A stretch of 64,000 nt of DNA from Vicugna vicugna (Eukaryota): positions 689,418 through 753,417 of the forward strand of contig MU058257.1 of the NCBI GenBank assembly GCA_013265495.1. The letters run 5' to 3'. The position numbers and the translations under genes are program-made. Of the stretch, positions 26,356-38,645 are shown piece by piece (position 1 is the first letter of the stretch; each line of letters opens with the position of its first letter). The notes beneath the pieces were generated by a model. The model did not search any database and was not told where the DNA came from. It was given only the letters and a program-made list of their open reading frames with translations.

Positions 26356-26593
26356 CTAACTACTATATATAAAATAGATAATCACTAACTACTATATATA
26401 AAATAGATAAACAACGAGTTTCTTCTGTACAGCACAGGGAACTATGGTCAATATCTTGCAGTGACCTATAACGAAAAAGAATGTGAAAAGGAATATATGT
26501 ATGTATGTGTGTGACTGAAACATGATGCTGTCCACCAGACATTGACACAGCGTTGTCAAGTGACAATAGTTCAATAAAAAATGGTAAAAAAAA
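26356..26593 (+). mobile_element. LINE-1 3' UTR fragment with 12-bp TSD, intron 3
   Basis: tacagcacagggaactatggtcaatatcttg...gttcaataaaaa. TSD aagagcagatca (26344-26355) / aagagtagatca (26594-26605), one mismatch. Confidence 0.9.
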
Positions 26594-26935
26594 AAGAGTA
26601 GATCAAACTAATTTTTGAAGAAGAAAGATATGAAGAAGTGCCCATAAACGAATTTTATGGGGCATATACCTTACAGACAAGGGTCAGCACAGTAGAATGA
26701 TGAGATTTTGATTCTCAAAATACATTTAAGAAGTTTTTTAAACGTACTTCCTCCACACATTGGGTAATTTTTCTTTGTTTAAAGTATTTTCCAACAACAT
26801 TTTTAACGGGAATATATGGCTTTTTACCAAAGGATCAATACATCCCTCCTCATCTTTCCTTCCACTTTGTCTTTCACGAGACCAAGCGACGTTAATGAGC
26901 ACTTAGTCATGGTTGTTCTACTGTAAGTTACTCAC

Positions 26936-27117
26936 CTCTCTTGAAAATCTCATAACGTATGGAAAATCCCGCACCGTGGGTCTCATAGTCAGAGACAAAT
27001 TTGATGAAGAGAAACGGCCCTGAAGACACGACAGGCGAAGGGGCAATCTTTCCACAGAACTTTCCCCATAAACGCCCATTTTCATTTTCTCCGTCGATGA
27101 CCTCCACGTAGTCATAC
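26936..27117 (-). CDS. NRP1: Neuropilin-1 coding exon (human exon 3 equivalent), C-terminal half of CUB a1 domain
   Basis: Minus strand reads cag|G TAT GAC ... AAG AGA G|gtgag, 182 nt. Manual translation YDYVEVIDGENENGRLWGKFCGKIAPSPVVSSGPFLFIKFVSDYETHGAGFSIRYEIFKR(G) matches the known NRP1 a1 sequence. The ORF track shows only a wrong frame here. Confidence 0.97.
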
Positions 27118-30100
27118 CTGAGACACAGAGGAGGAAGGGAACGTCAGGTTAGTGAGAAACGCCCCTTTGATTTCAGCAGTTTAGAACGCGGTATTGTCCA
27201 CCACTGTCTGCCAGGAGAAAAAGCACTGTCTGCATTCACCGCGGGATTACACAGAGAGGAAAGAAGTCTGGCAAAATGAAATAATTAAAATGGACTGCAT
27301 CATGTCTGTATACATCATCTGGCAACACAGAACTATTAAGAATAATGGTGTCCATTATACTGGCAGACAATGTCAGTTAAAGTAACCAATTAACAAGAAA
27401 AAGGAAAATCTCATGAGCACAATTCCTTATTATTAAACTGTGTTCCTTTGTCTGGGGGGGGTGTCAGTACATAAGGCTGTGCATTCTTTTCAAACTGTGA
27501 AGTTCTTTTATGAATTCAAAATGTCTCCTTGGCTGGAGCACTCCATGAATAATACTTTGATTTCTGTAAGCGACCCTCTAAACATATGGCCACAGAATAA
27601 TAAACAGATTCTTTACTTTTTAACTCGATTTTACCAAACTCCAGGCTTCTTAGGAAAAAAAAAAAAACTCGCTCAGTATCCATTGTGGTCAAAACACAGA
27701 CCATCTTCCCCTCAAACCACCCTTGACCTGCAGAACAGACTTTCTGCAAAGAAAAAGTATATTTAAAAATGGAAAGTGACTTTGTCTATACTCAGCAGCC
27801 TGAATCTTTAAAGGAACTGTTGTCTGAAAAGGAAATATGACACACTCGAAATCATCAAAATGATATGATTTTTAAAAATTCAGACTTAATAATAATATAT
27901 TAAGGAGACAAATGATGAAAGAAGTGGCAATAAAACATTACCCTAAAGACGGCACTGAGTTAATACATGTGCCCGAGCCTTCATCTCTAAAAGGTGCGAA
28001 ACCATCTCCAATAAACTAACACCCCCCAGGAAAACAGGAAGATTTTTGCTTGCTTGGCATTATATGTCTCTTAGTGTCTCGCTCTTCTCTTTTTATTTGC
28101 CGAGTCACCTCAAAGCCAGATAATCTGATTTGTCTTCCTTGTTCCTTCTACAACTGACATGAAAACATTACAATCCATTCATCTCAAATCTTTATTTCTG
28201 TGTCTCACTTGGTTCCAAAGTCCTGGGATATATTAATTTCAGGAATGGCTAAAATACGGCAGGAACATAAACTGTATCTGGCCATTCGAGAGAGATCAAA
28301 GGGCGAGAAATCTTCATGAGGACCAATGTCATCCTTCGCAATCCTTTTCAAATGGTCCAGGATGCATTCCTTCTGTTTACGTAAAGTCTCACGAGACAAC
28401 TGCTAAGATGCTATCGCTGGTTGGAGTGGACGGGTTAAGGCTCTCTAAATTAGAAATGACATGACCTCATCAGCGAGCATTGTGTGCCAGCTTTGTGTAC
28501 ATCAGGAAGAAAATAAAGCTGACGTTGATGGAAGGGAGCATTCGCATCTGTGAATTATTGTATTAACTGCATTTCCTCTGCTACATCCAGTAGTAACCAC
28601 TGGCCGGCGAGCATCGCGGTCCATTGGCAAAACTATGGGGCTGCACAGAGGAACTGTTTGCTTCTGTATACGTTGGGAGACTCTCTGCATGCTGAGACAA
28701 GACAAAGGAGGAGGAGAAGGGAAAGCAGAGGATGAGGAGGAGGAGGATGAAGACAGCTCCTGCTCAGAATCCTCTGTGGCCTCTCACAGCCAACCGAGGG
28801 CCGCTGGAAAGGACCCCAATCTCCCTCCCATTCAAGCTGCACCAGTTGGCATCTATGCAGCAATTCCTTTTATCTCTGCTGCTTCATTGACTAGACAGGT
28901 CTGCATGGTTGGCCCCGCGCTTGCCTGTAATTTAACTGTGATGTGAACTGCTGACTGGCTTTGGCCGGGCGACTGTGCTGGATAGGCCTTTTGCTTGAAT
29001 CTCGACATGGTCTGAATACTAAGTGGCACAATCCGAGCGCATTTTGCCTTCCAGACACAAATACGAGAGGTGGGTCAGGCATTCTGCAGAACTAAGGGCA
29101 CTTCTGCGGGGAGCCCTTTCTCTCAGGTACGAGAGAACTCAGCTAAGAGAGTCCCAGTGAGTTACAACGGGGAAGGAAGACAGTATTTTAATTCACGTGA
29201 TCTTCTAATAGGAATCACGAGGATCTCCCCTGGGCAACAGTAAAAGCTATTTTTAACAGGGGCAGAGAGGCTGGAACCTCCCCCCACTAAGAGATAAGTG
29301 GTTGCCTCTTAAGTGCCAGCTTTGGGAGATGGGCTTATTCCGGGGTACAGTTGGATTCACCTCTAGACTGGGATTCGGCCATCACTTGAGCATTTCTCTT
29401 TGTGGTACCGCCCCCCAGGGCCCCCAAATGTATCACAGATCGCAGTTCGTGTAAATATTCAGGGGGGTGTAGGCGTACAGATTGTGAAGGGGGATTCTGC
29501 CAGGGAAGTTGGGAAAGCAGCTTGTGTCTCCCCCTGGGGCTGAGAGCAGCTCCTCTCCTCCGTGAGTTCCTCGCCGGCAGCGTGGTGCCAGGAATGCGGC
29601 CGCGGTGCCAGCATCCCTCCCCGGGAGACTGAACGTGTCACCGCAGCAACGCGCCCGCCAGCGCTGGCCCGCGCGCGGCATCCTGAGTTTGCAAATTGCG
29701 ACCCCCCAGCCGCCGCACTGCTCCGTTACTGCTGCCGGGACGGGAAGCACCAGGGGCCTGGAGATGCCAGGATGCCGGGCGCTGGAAGCAGGGCCCTGCC
29801 CGGGTGCCTCGGGAAGCACCTGTCGGAATCTCATTCAGAACCCACAGCTTCCAGCTGCGGCCTCGGGAGGCGCCCTGGGGATGGCGTCTCGGGAATCCAG
29901 CTCATGGAAGGTGCAGCGGGGTCACACGGTTAACCCGCCTGTCCTTCTGGAGCCCTGCTCTGGAAGAATATTCTGGGTGAGAAGGAGGCCAAGTCTGGGT
30001 CCAAAGTGCACACCCACATGAACAGGAAAGCCTCTTCTGGACCTCACCTCCCACGTTTCATCACGGGGACCTCAGCATCAGGCCTTCCCAGCGCTCTCCT

Positions 30101-31179
30101 TAAATCCTCCACCTGCAAGTGTCCCCTTTCCACACCAATAATGGGAAAGCAGCCTGCGTTTACTGGGAATCATGCGATGACCTCTCTACCTAACCTTCTC
30201 ACAATTAAAGACACTTTTCTAAGGTTTCAGTTTTCGAGTCTGAGACCCTGGGTGGCTCTCCTCCTGAGTGTCCCTGGCTTTAAACTGCACACTTCTCAAG
30301 CCCCAGGCCTTCCTGCCCGCGTACCCTCCCCCAGTCCTCACCCAAGCCGGGCAGATGTGGGTGGTGAAAACATTCTGCATCCTAATTCTAATCACGAGTT
30401 AGGTTTCCCATAAGAGCGATAAAAGGATAAAGATTTCCTTCTAAGAATTCTTGAAAGGATTACTCAGAGATTATTACTATTTTTCTTTTGGAAAGTTTGA
30501 ATTATGGTTTTAGGAAAAGGGCCAAGGAAGGGGAAAAGCGATGGGAAAATGAGAGATGTCTTCAGTGACTAAAGAGGGTTTCAGAGGCTTTCTAGGTACG
30601 CACTGCTGGGCAGACAAACAGCACGCTTTATTGAAGCCGGGTTTTCTCCTGCGAGTGCAGGTGACCCCCGACTCTACGGTGAAGCCCGTTAATGGGGAAA
30701 CGCTACCCCCCCAGGGTGTTGTCTGTACGGGCAGCTACCGTGCCAACCCCCTCACAGCTTCTGGGCATTCTTGAGTTATTAGGAAGGGGGATTTTAGGTA
30801 ACGGTGTCTTTTTAATCTCCTTCCAAGAGGATCTACCCCCGCCTGCATGCGTACATTAATAATGGAGAAACTCAATACCTGACATCATAAACCGGAGTGA
30901 GAAATGATGTTGGTGAACATAATTTTCACCTGCAAAAATGTGTTTCTCTGGATCTTTGGTTTATTCTGCACCAGGCGTGAATAGCTATCCCCACGGAACA
31001 CGCTGCAAACGATCACCATGCTGCTATCCAGGAATTGCCCTCCCTCCTCCCCAGAAAAGAACAGATTTTTTTTTTCCTCAGAGTATTAGAAAGAGGATTT
31101 GGATATAAAAATATACAGTGATGGATCTGGGAGGGGCCCATGAGTTTGCATCTGTGTTTCTGAGCGATTCCACACAATT

Positions 31180-31690
31180 CACCCTGTCACCGTGCCGGCT
31201 CACTTGAAGTGTTCACATCAAGTAAATATATGAAACGCCTCATACGGTGCATAGCCTCTTATTTGGTAAAAGCATTTTCAGAAATCTCTTCACAGGACAT
31301 AATCTGGAAAGACATCAAACGTGTATGCAAAAAAGAAATATTGCCAGAAGCTCTATATTATTGGGGAGGGGGGAAGGAAAGAAGGCAGACAGGGAGAAAA
31401 CAAGAAGGGAAAATTGTTGAGGAATATTATTCAGCCATTAAAAAGCATATTCCACAAAGGATTTTTTATAACAAAGGAAAAAAGCTTATGATAAATAAGC
31501 AAAAACTCAGCACATAAAACTCTATACACAGGATATTCTCAGTTTTTATTATACAATGGGAGCAGGAAGGAAACATTAACAAGTGTTTATCTCTGGGTAG
31601 TGAGGTTGTATCTGTATTATTATTATTATTTCTGCATTTTTCAAAATTTGTACAATGGACAAGTTTTCCTTTGTAATCAGATAACAAGTT
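31180..31690 (+). mobile_element. Ancient L1M(E)-like 3' region, highly degraded
   Basis: ggaatattattcagccattaaaaag, tatctctgggtagtgagg and ttttcctttgtaatcag resemble old L1M 3' UTR motifs. Boundaries approximate. Confidence 0.5.
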
Positions 31691-34258
31691 ATTTTGAAAA
31701 GCACTACCCACCTATAAATGAAGCAGCAGATCAATACCTTTCTGCCCAGCTAACAATTTTATATTTCCTGGTCAGAGAACACTATCTTTTATGATGTTTT
31801 ACTTGGAAATAAATCAAAGGCTTCATCTTTTTTTTTTTTAAACAACTGCATCAATGAGCTTCTGTGTGACACATTTTCTTTTTGTACTAGGAGGTCAAAA
31901 TGAATCGAATTGGATGTAATACTTTCTGAAATTATGGTAGTGATACTTGCCATTTTGCACAGTAATTTCCATGTCACAATACACTCTTAGATTATTACTG
32001 AGCGGAATCTTTCCCAAGATCCCGGGAGGGCAGTTGTCAGCTGGCACCATCCCAGAAGGGAGACCAGAGGAGGCCAAGCACCGGAGAAGGGCACGTGCAC
32101 AAATAACTAGTAACCTTTCCACACTGCCTACTTTGGGGCAGCTTTGATCCCAATATTTGCTCGTTACTCCCTTTCACACATTTTTTTTGCAGGTGGGAAA
32201 TGGGTATGACTTATTATTTTAGAATTAGTCATTAACAACATGTAATTCACCTTTTCAACTGGTCACTGTTGCTAGAAAAATGCCACATCAACTAACACAT
32301 CATTGATTTTTTTTTCTCCATGGGTGCTTAGCACCATAGAAACAAACATCTTGGTGTGTGCTAAGGTGTGTGTGCCTGTGTGCATGTCAGGGAAAGAGAG
32401 AGACAGAGAGGGCTCTTGGCCATCAGGGAGTCACGTCACTGGGCAGTTTCAGTGGCATTGATGGTGGCCTCAGAGTGGGCTTCCTCCCAGGGCTGTCCTG
32501 GTCCCTCCCTCTCAGGCTGAAGTTCAGGGACCACATGGCTAGAACCCAAGCCCAGCCTGGACACAGAAATAGGAGTGGTGCTGACAGGTAGCTGTCATTT
32601 TGTTCTCTTCCTGGTGCCTGCATCCCGGGCCTCAAGACAGGTGGCTCCAGAGGCAGAGCTCACATCCTCAAGATGGGCAGGTGGGAAGGCAGGACCCTCT
32701 CATGGCCCCTGGGATGGAGCCAGCTGGGTTCAGGCCCCAGGACAGAGCAGGCAAAGGCTAGATTCAGGGAAGGGACCAAGCTGGGGGCCCTGCACAGAAG
32801 CCCTTTGCATTTTCAGAGGGACAGAGAAGCTGGGCTGTGACCTGGCTTCCTGTGGCCACATACCAATGTTTATGGAAGTCCTTCCAAATCTGAACAAAAT
32901 TTTAAAGTTTACACCATCAACAGAATACTGCTTTATTGTCATAATTATTATGACATATTATGACATATGACATAATTATTGTCATAATTCCCCTTTAGCA
33001 TTTGCTTCTAGGTGTATAAAGTAATTTTTCCTTCATTAAAATAATGCCAAATACATTTCCCAAAGAGAGACTTTTTTCCTATATACATACATATATATAT
33101 ATGTTTTCTTCTTACGTGCACTCTGTGGACCAGGAGCAGGACTGCAGACATGAGTTTTGCTCTGCGGCTCATTCTCATTTGTTATAACACTTCCCCAAAT
33201 TCACTTTTTCCTCTACTCTAGTCATACTTTCCACACGCTCTGCAAGACTCACTTCTGATCCACAGCAAGACCACTTTCCTGCTTGCCGTGTGTTCGTGCG
33301 GATTCGGGCCACCTGAGAGATGCTGGTAACTCTGCTCACAGGAGCCAGAGGCTAGCACTTCAGTGGGATTCCCACCGCCCAGCAGCAAGCTCCTTCACTG
33401 ACCTTATCACCCAAACTCAAGTTCCAGCTATGAGGGGTCACTGCCCACCAAGCTTCAATCAAGCATAATCCCAGGGTGCAGGCGTGACTGCCGGCTGGGC
33501 CCCCCTACAGGACTGGGGGAGCATGGTGCTGAAAAAGCAGCCAGCTTCGCAAAGCAGCTCTGGATCTTCTTAAGCCAAACCATCCCTCCAGCAGCCTGCT
33601 CCACGGACGGTCAGTGGGCCAGCAAACATCTCACCTCTCTTGGGACAAACAATTACTGCAAGCACCGCCTTTTGTTTGACATCACTGTCCACCTCAAAGG
33701 CCCACACGGTGTTATTCATGTGCTTGTCCACAGACTTCCAGATCGTTCTCCTCCAGGAAGTTCCAAAGCCATATGGTCCACCTGACAGCTTTCCCGTGGG
33801 GCTCCTCTGATTAAAGTGTAAGAAGGATTTCTATATATATCATAGATAACCCGTTCTCAAATAGTCAGAGTGCAGGAAAACTCATAAAGCTAATCTCGCA
33901 TGTTAAAATTTCCATCTTTAAGCTTCTGTAATGCTCCAGGCCCATCAGAATGAATACCAATAATTTGACTGCAGCTGTGGAAAAGGTATGATTAATGGTT
34001 AGATAACACAATAATACGTATGAGGGTGAACAGTCCCAGGAAATAAGGCATGACAAAAGTGAAGAAAGAAAATCTTCAAGGAAAGGCTTTTACTGGAGTA
34101 AAAAGAAATATTAAGTGGTTATGGAGTAAAAAGAAACATTAAATGGTAATAATACACAGGGATCTTCACTGACTGTGTGAGGAAGAACGAGGGTGGCAGG
34201 GGTCATGGCTGGTCAAGACCATTGGAAGGAGAGAAACAGATAATAAATGTCCAGCAGG

Positions 34259-34942
34259 TAGCAGACAGTTTCCTGCTGCTGCATAACAAGTCACCCCAAA
34301 CATAGGGACTCAGGGCGGCACACATTTATCAGCTCAGGGTCTGCAGGTCAGAAGTCTGGCCTGGCAAGGGGGCTGGGGTCTCTGCTCAGTGTATCACAAG
34401 ATGGGAATTAAGTGTTGGCAGGGCTGCATCCTCATCTTATCCCTGTGTCCTTGTCACAGCTCACACCACTGTGGCAGAATTCAGTTTCCTGCAGTTACAG
34501 GACTGCCATCCCCATTTCCCTGCTGGTTACCAGCTGGGAAGGGCTCTCAGATCCCAGCGGCCACCCGCCCTCCTTGTCATGTGTCCCCCTCCAGCTTCAC
34601 AGCCAGCAACAGAGACTCTCCCTCACCTCGAATTCTTCTCCTGCTTCAAAACTCTTCAGGAAGAGGAGGGTATAGCTCAGTGGTAGAGTGTGTGCTTAGC
34701 ATGTACGAGATCTTGGGTCAATCCTGAGTACCGCCAAAAAACCCCCAAAAAACAAAAAAACAGGAAAAGCTGAGTCTGTTCTAAGAGTTCATCTGATTAG
34801 GTCAGGTCACCGAGGATAACCTCCCTTTCTTGAGGGCAACTTGATTAAATCTGCAAAATCCCTGGAGGGCAGCACCTAGATGAATGGGTGATGGAGAAAC
34901 TGCGAGAAAGTGTGTGTAATCTTGGGATTCTGCCCACCATGC
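34259..34942 (-). mobile_element. MLT1-type (ERVL-MaLR) solo LTR, sense to NRP1, interrupted by a SINE
   Basis: gtttcctgctgctgcataacaagtcaccccaaac...cacatttatcagctcagggtctgcaggtcagaagtc...tgattaggtcagg...ggattctgcccacca resembles the reverse complement of MLT1. Confidence 0.8.
34663..34760 (+). mobile_element. tRNA-derived SINE nested in the MLT1 LTR
   Basis: gaggagggtatagctcagtggtagagtgtgtgcttagcatgtacgagatcttgggtcaatcc followed by an A-rich tail. Confidence 0.9.
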
Positions 34943-37900
34943 AGACCTAACTCTGGATGGACACAGGGCACCTGGGAACTGCAGTACAGACCCAGGCAGG
35001 AAGGATGGTCCCCTTCCATCTCCTGAGATGGCTAGTGAGATCCAGGGTAAGATGAAGGGCAGCCATGGGAAACCCCAGTGATGCTGGAGGCTATTTCAAT
35101 GTTCTCATGTCCCATTGGCTGTTGGGTTAGGACCCCTGAGCTGATCAATGGTCCTCACTTGCAGAGGAAGGAAAGTGGGGTTCTGGAATGAACCATGCTC
35201 TCCTGATGGAAGCAAAAACAGAAATTCCAAGATTGTTCAACACATATGTCTAGAGACAGAAAAGTGATAGCTTAATGCTGAAATAAACACATAAAAGCAT
35301 GCAAGACGTGTGGTGTAAAATGATGGTCAAAATATATATCATTTTCATGGAAAATGTTTGGAGATTGAATTCTCATTTATGAGGAATCTCACTTTATAAT
35401 TAAGATTTATTGGCATGGAAGATTAAAAAATCCTTCACATGGGAAAATATCTCTATGATTTAACTCTGATTATGAAATCCAAAGATACATTTTAAATAGA
35501 AGTAAAGGAACACCCCCTCCCCCTTAAAACAACTATGCTCGGAGGTAATGGAGTCTTCCAGCATCAAACTTGCAAAGTTCAGTATTTATAGAAAAATTCA
35601 CATGACTTTAATTACAATAAATTCAGTTCCCAAGTAAAACGGTGCCATCTGGAAGATATTAACATCATTTACAACTTGTTCGCTTCCCTCTTTCATAGAA
35701 AATTTTTACTTCTTGCCACTTTCCACTGTTCTCAGGGGGGAAGAAAAAGAAAGACTTTCATGGACTGTCTCAGGATGGGTTTATAGAGCTGGTCAAGCCA
35801 TCAAAAAGTGACAAAGGGACATTTTGGGCACATTTACTCCCTTCTTATTTACTTTAAACCCTTATATCTTTAAGTTTTGTATTTCGTTCATTTTAAATAA
35901 AGGCTGTCATCTCTGCTCCTCTTCTCTCAGACTTCTAAAAGGGATGACTTATTTTGAAGCTAACTGAGTTCCCAAGGTCCAGCGGAGGGAGAGCTGGGCT
36001 CCGGTGATCTCTGAGCCTCAGGATTCACTCCTGCACCTCTGATTGATGGAGAAGTGCCACCATCTCTGACCTCCCACAAAGCCTCAAAGGGACAGTGGGG
36101 CAGGGGCTGCCACCTGCCTGGACGTCAAGTGGGACATCTGATCTGAGTCTCTCACATTCTGTCAGTGACGGGCTGAGAGCCTTGGGTGGGCCACTAGTTA
36201 ACACCTGCGAGCCTCAGCTACTCACCTGAACAATGGACAAGAGGATAAGGAACTTGCAGGATGGTAGGGACGACTCAGTGAAGTAATTAATACATGTTGA
36301 TGTCCCTTTCCAAGGGAGGCTGGAATGCAGGCGAAGCCAAGAGACATGCACAGAAAACCCAGTGGAACACAGTTTTGTTTTCCAAAAAGGTGTACTGACT
36401 ACCCAGTTCAAGACAGACTGTAGATTAGGGAGTGCAGGTGGGGTAGCTACTGTCACTGCTCCGGGGCACTACAGGTAGAGGATGACTGACTGACAGAGCA
36501 GGACACCTGATGCTCTGAAAAATACCATTTGGAATGACGGTAGGCCTGGCCCTGCTATGACCACCCAAAATCAATCAATTAAAGCCATAGGAATGGAGTG
36601 AAAGAAATCAACTTATATATACTACAATACTTTTTTTAAAAAAAGAAATCACTAAATCCTTTAAGTGTTTCCATTGATGTAGCCAACCGATTTAACGATC
36701 TGCAGTTGGACTAGTGCCATCAGCATGCAGTGCTGAATTTGCTCAAAAAGACCCCTTAATTGGTGCGGGGGAGGCACCGGGGCATAACTTCCGGTTCTGG
36801 GAAGGCAGTGACTGCCTGGTGGCATAGCAAGACCACAATCTGCAAGTTTCCTTTTTCATTCTTTGGAAAAAGAAATAGAGCTGTAATTCTGTTTTGGACT
36901 AGAGGACCTAACGTGCTAATTTGAAGAGTTTAAAAAAAGCCTCCTGATTAATTAGTCATTATTCAGTGGGGATCTAGGTCGTTTGCTAATCAGAGCTGCA
37001 GGAACTAATGTTGGCAAATACTCATTTTTTAAAGGCTTTTTCTTTCTTTCTTTCTTTTCAGTAATTACAGGAGAAGCTTCTCAGCATCAGGTAGGTGGGA
37101 CTGGTCATTCTGGAGTGGGCAAGTCCCTTGTGCTGTAAGAACCACCCATCCTTTCTGGAAAAGCAGAAAGCAAAAAACGCTGAAGGAAAATAGGTCTGGT
37201 GACAGATTAGATGACTCTTCCTTTTAGTGACGCTAATTTGAAAGAAAGGGCCAGCCGAATTTGGGGATGGGGAGTCGGCAATGACCCAAGTCAACTGTGC
37301 TGTTCTGTTCTGTTCAGCAGACCCTTAAGGCTTACTTACAGTACAAACCACTGAGCCAACCACAGCCAAGAAACATGGAACTTTGAGATGTGGACCTGAT
37401 GCATTTATGACACTAAAACGAAACACACATGAGAAAAACAGATCATGTCATGGAGGGGCTTTCTTTAGTTCCTCGTGTTTGCTGAAAGCAGCGTACTGTT
37501 TGCCGCAAGTCATCTTCAGAGTCTGAAGTGTTCCTGCTTAGGGTATTTGTTGTTTTTCATTTTGTTTTCATTATTTAAAGTGCTATTAAGTAAGAAAGCA
37601 GGTGTATCATTTGCAGACAACTGGACCACCAGCAGCCTCACCAGCCTAGAACGTATCCCGTAACCCCACGCCAATTTGTGATACAGGGAATAATTGATAG
37701 AATGAGAAATAGATTGTGGACATAAAATACTTCAACTATCAACTAGGTTTTTTTTTTTTTCCTATGTCACAGCATACAAACTGGTTAAAAAACAAAATGT
37801 GCAGGGAATCCCTGGTTATTAGCCTAAACGTGAGTTTCCATGATTTTTTCCTTGTCACTGGCTTGCCTTACAGACTGCATAATTAATTGGCAACTATTTC

Positions 37901-38564
37901 TGTGTGAGCAGCAAGCTCGTGGAGATGAGGAAGGATTTTAATGACCTAGGTGGCCTCATGATTTATACAGACCCTGAGGAGGAATCGCGTGTTTAGAAGA
38001 AAGGAGAGCAGTGGCCATAAACTTCACCGGTCACCCAAGAGGAGGGGCGCCATCTCTAAGTTTAACAACATGACCCCAGGGAGGGTCAGCGCGCAGAAAG
38101 GGCTCTGTGGTCAGATCGTGGATTCAACCCAACCGGGAGCTCACACAGCCCTCATCCTACCACCGGAAGCACTCCCCCACCCCAAGATACCTTCGTGGCA
38201 AGCTTAAGAGAAAGGAAAAGGGAATCCCATCAAGTTAGTGAAAATAAAATGTCGCATAAAGGGACAATTCCCAAACGCACTCCTCCTCAGCACCGCACGA
38301 GCTGGAGACAGGGCTCAGAGTCACCCTTGATAATACTACCGACTCAGCTGTGAAAACAAGACGCAGAGACACGGCTGGGCTTTGCCTTCCCGGCTCTGAC
38401 TAATTATCTCACCAGGAAAGGAGATTTTTTTTTTCCCCTCACTAAAAACCAGAATACATAAAATGATTTAACCTTTCACTCTCTAAACAGCCTGATTTCT
38501 CTGAATGCTCTTAATGTGGAGGCCTGAAGTTCATGCACTTTATCTGTGGAGACGAGTTCACTAA

Positions 38565-38645
38565 GGGGGGGAGGGTATAGCTCAAGGGCAGAGCAAATGC
38601 TTAGCTCTTGGTTCAATCCCCAGGACCTCCATTTAGGAAAAAAAG
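38565..38645 (+). mobile_element. tRNA-derived SINE, internally deleted
   Basis: gggggggagggtatagctcaagggcagagcaaatgcttagc-tcttggttcaatccccaggacctcc. Confidence 0.85.

Noticed and set aside
28705..28752. GAG-rich stretch encoding EDEEEEDED in ORF 28635..28946
   Set aside because: Simple purine-rich repeat, antisense to NRP1, with no other coding evidence.
35640..38060. CTCF-like motifs (ttccagatggcac, caggcaggtggcag, gaggaggggcgcc)
   Set aside because: Each has several mismatches to the core consensus and cannot be supported without a PWM scan or ChIP data.
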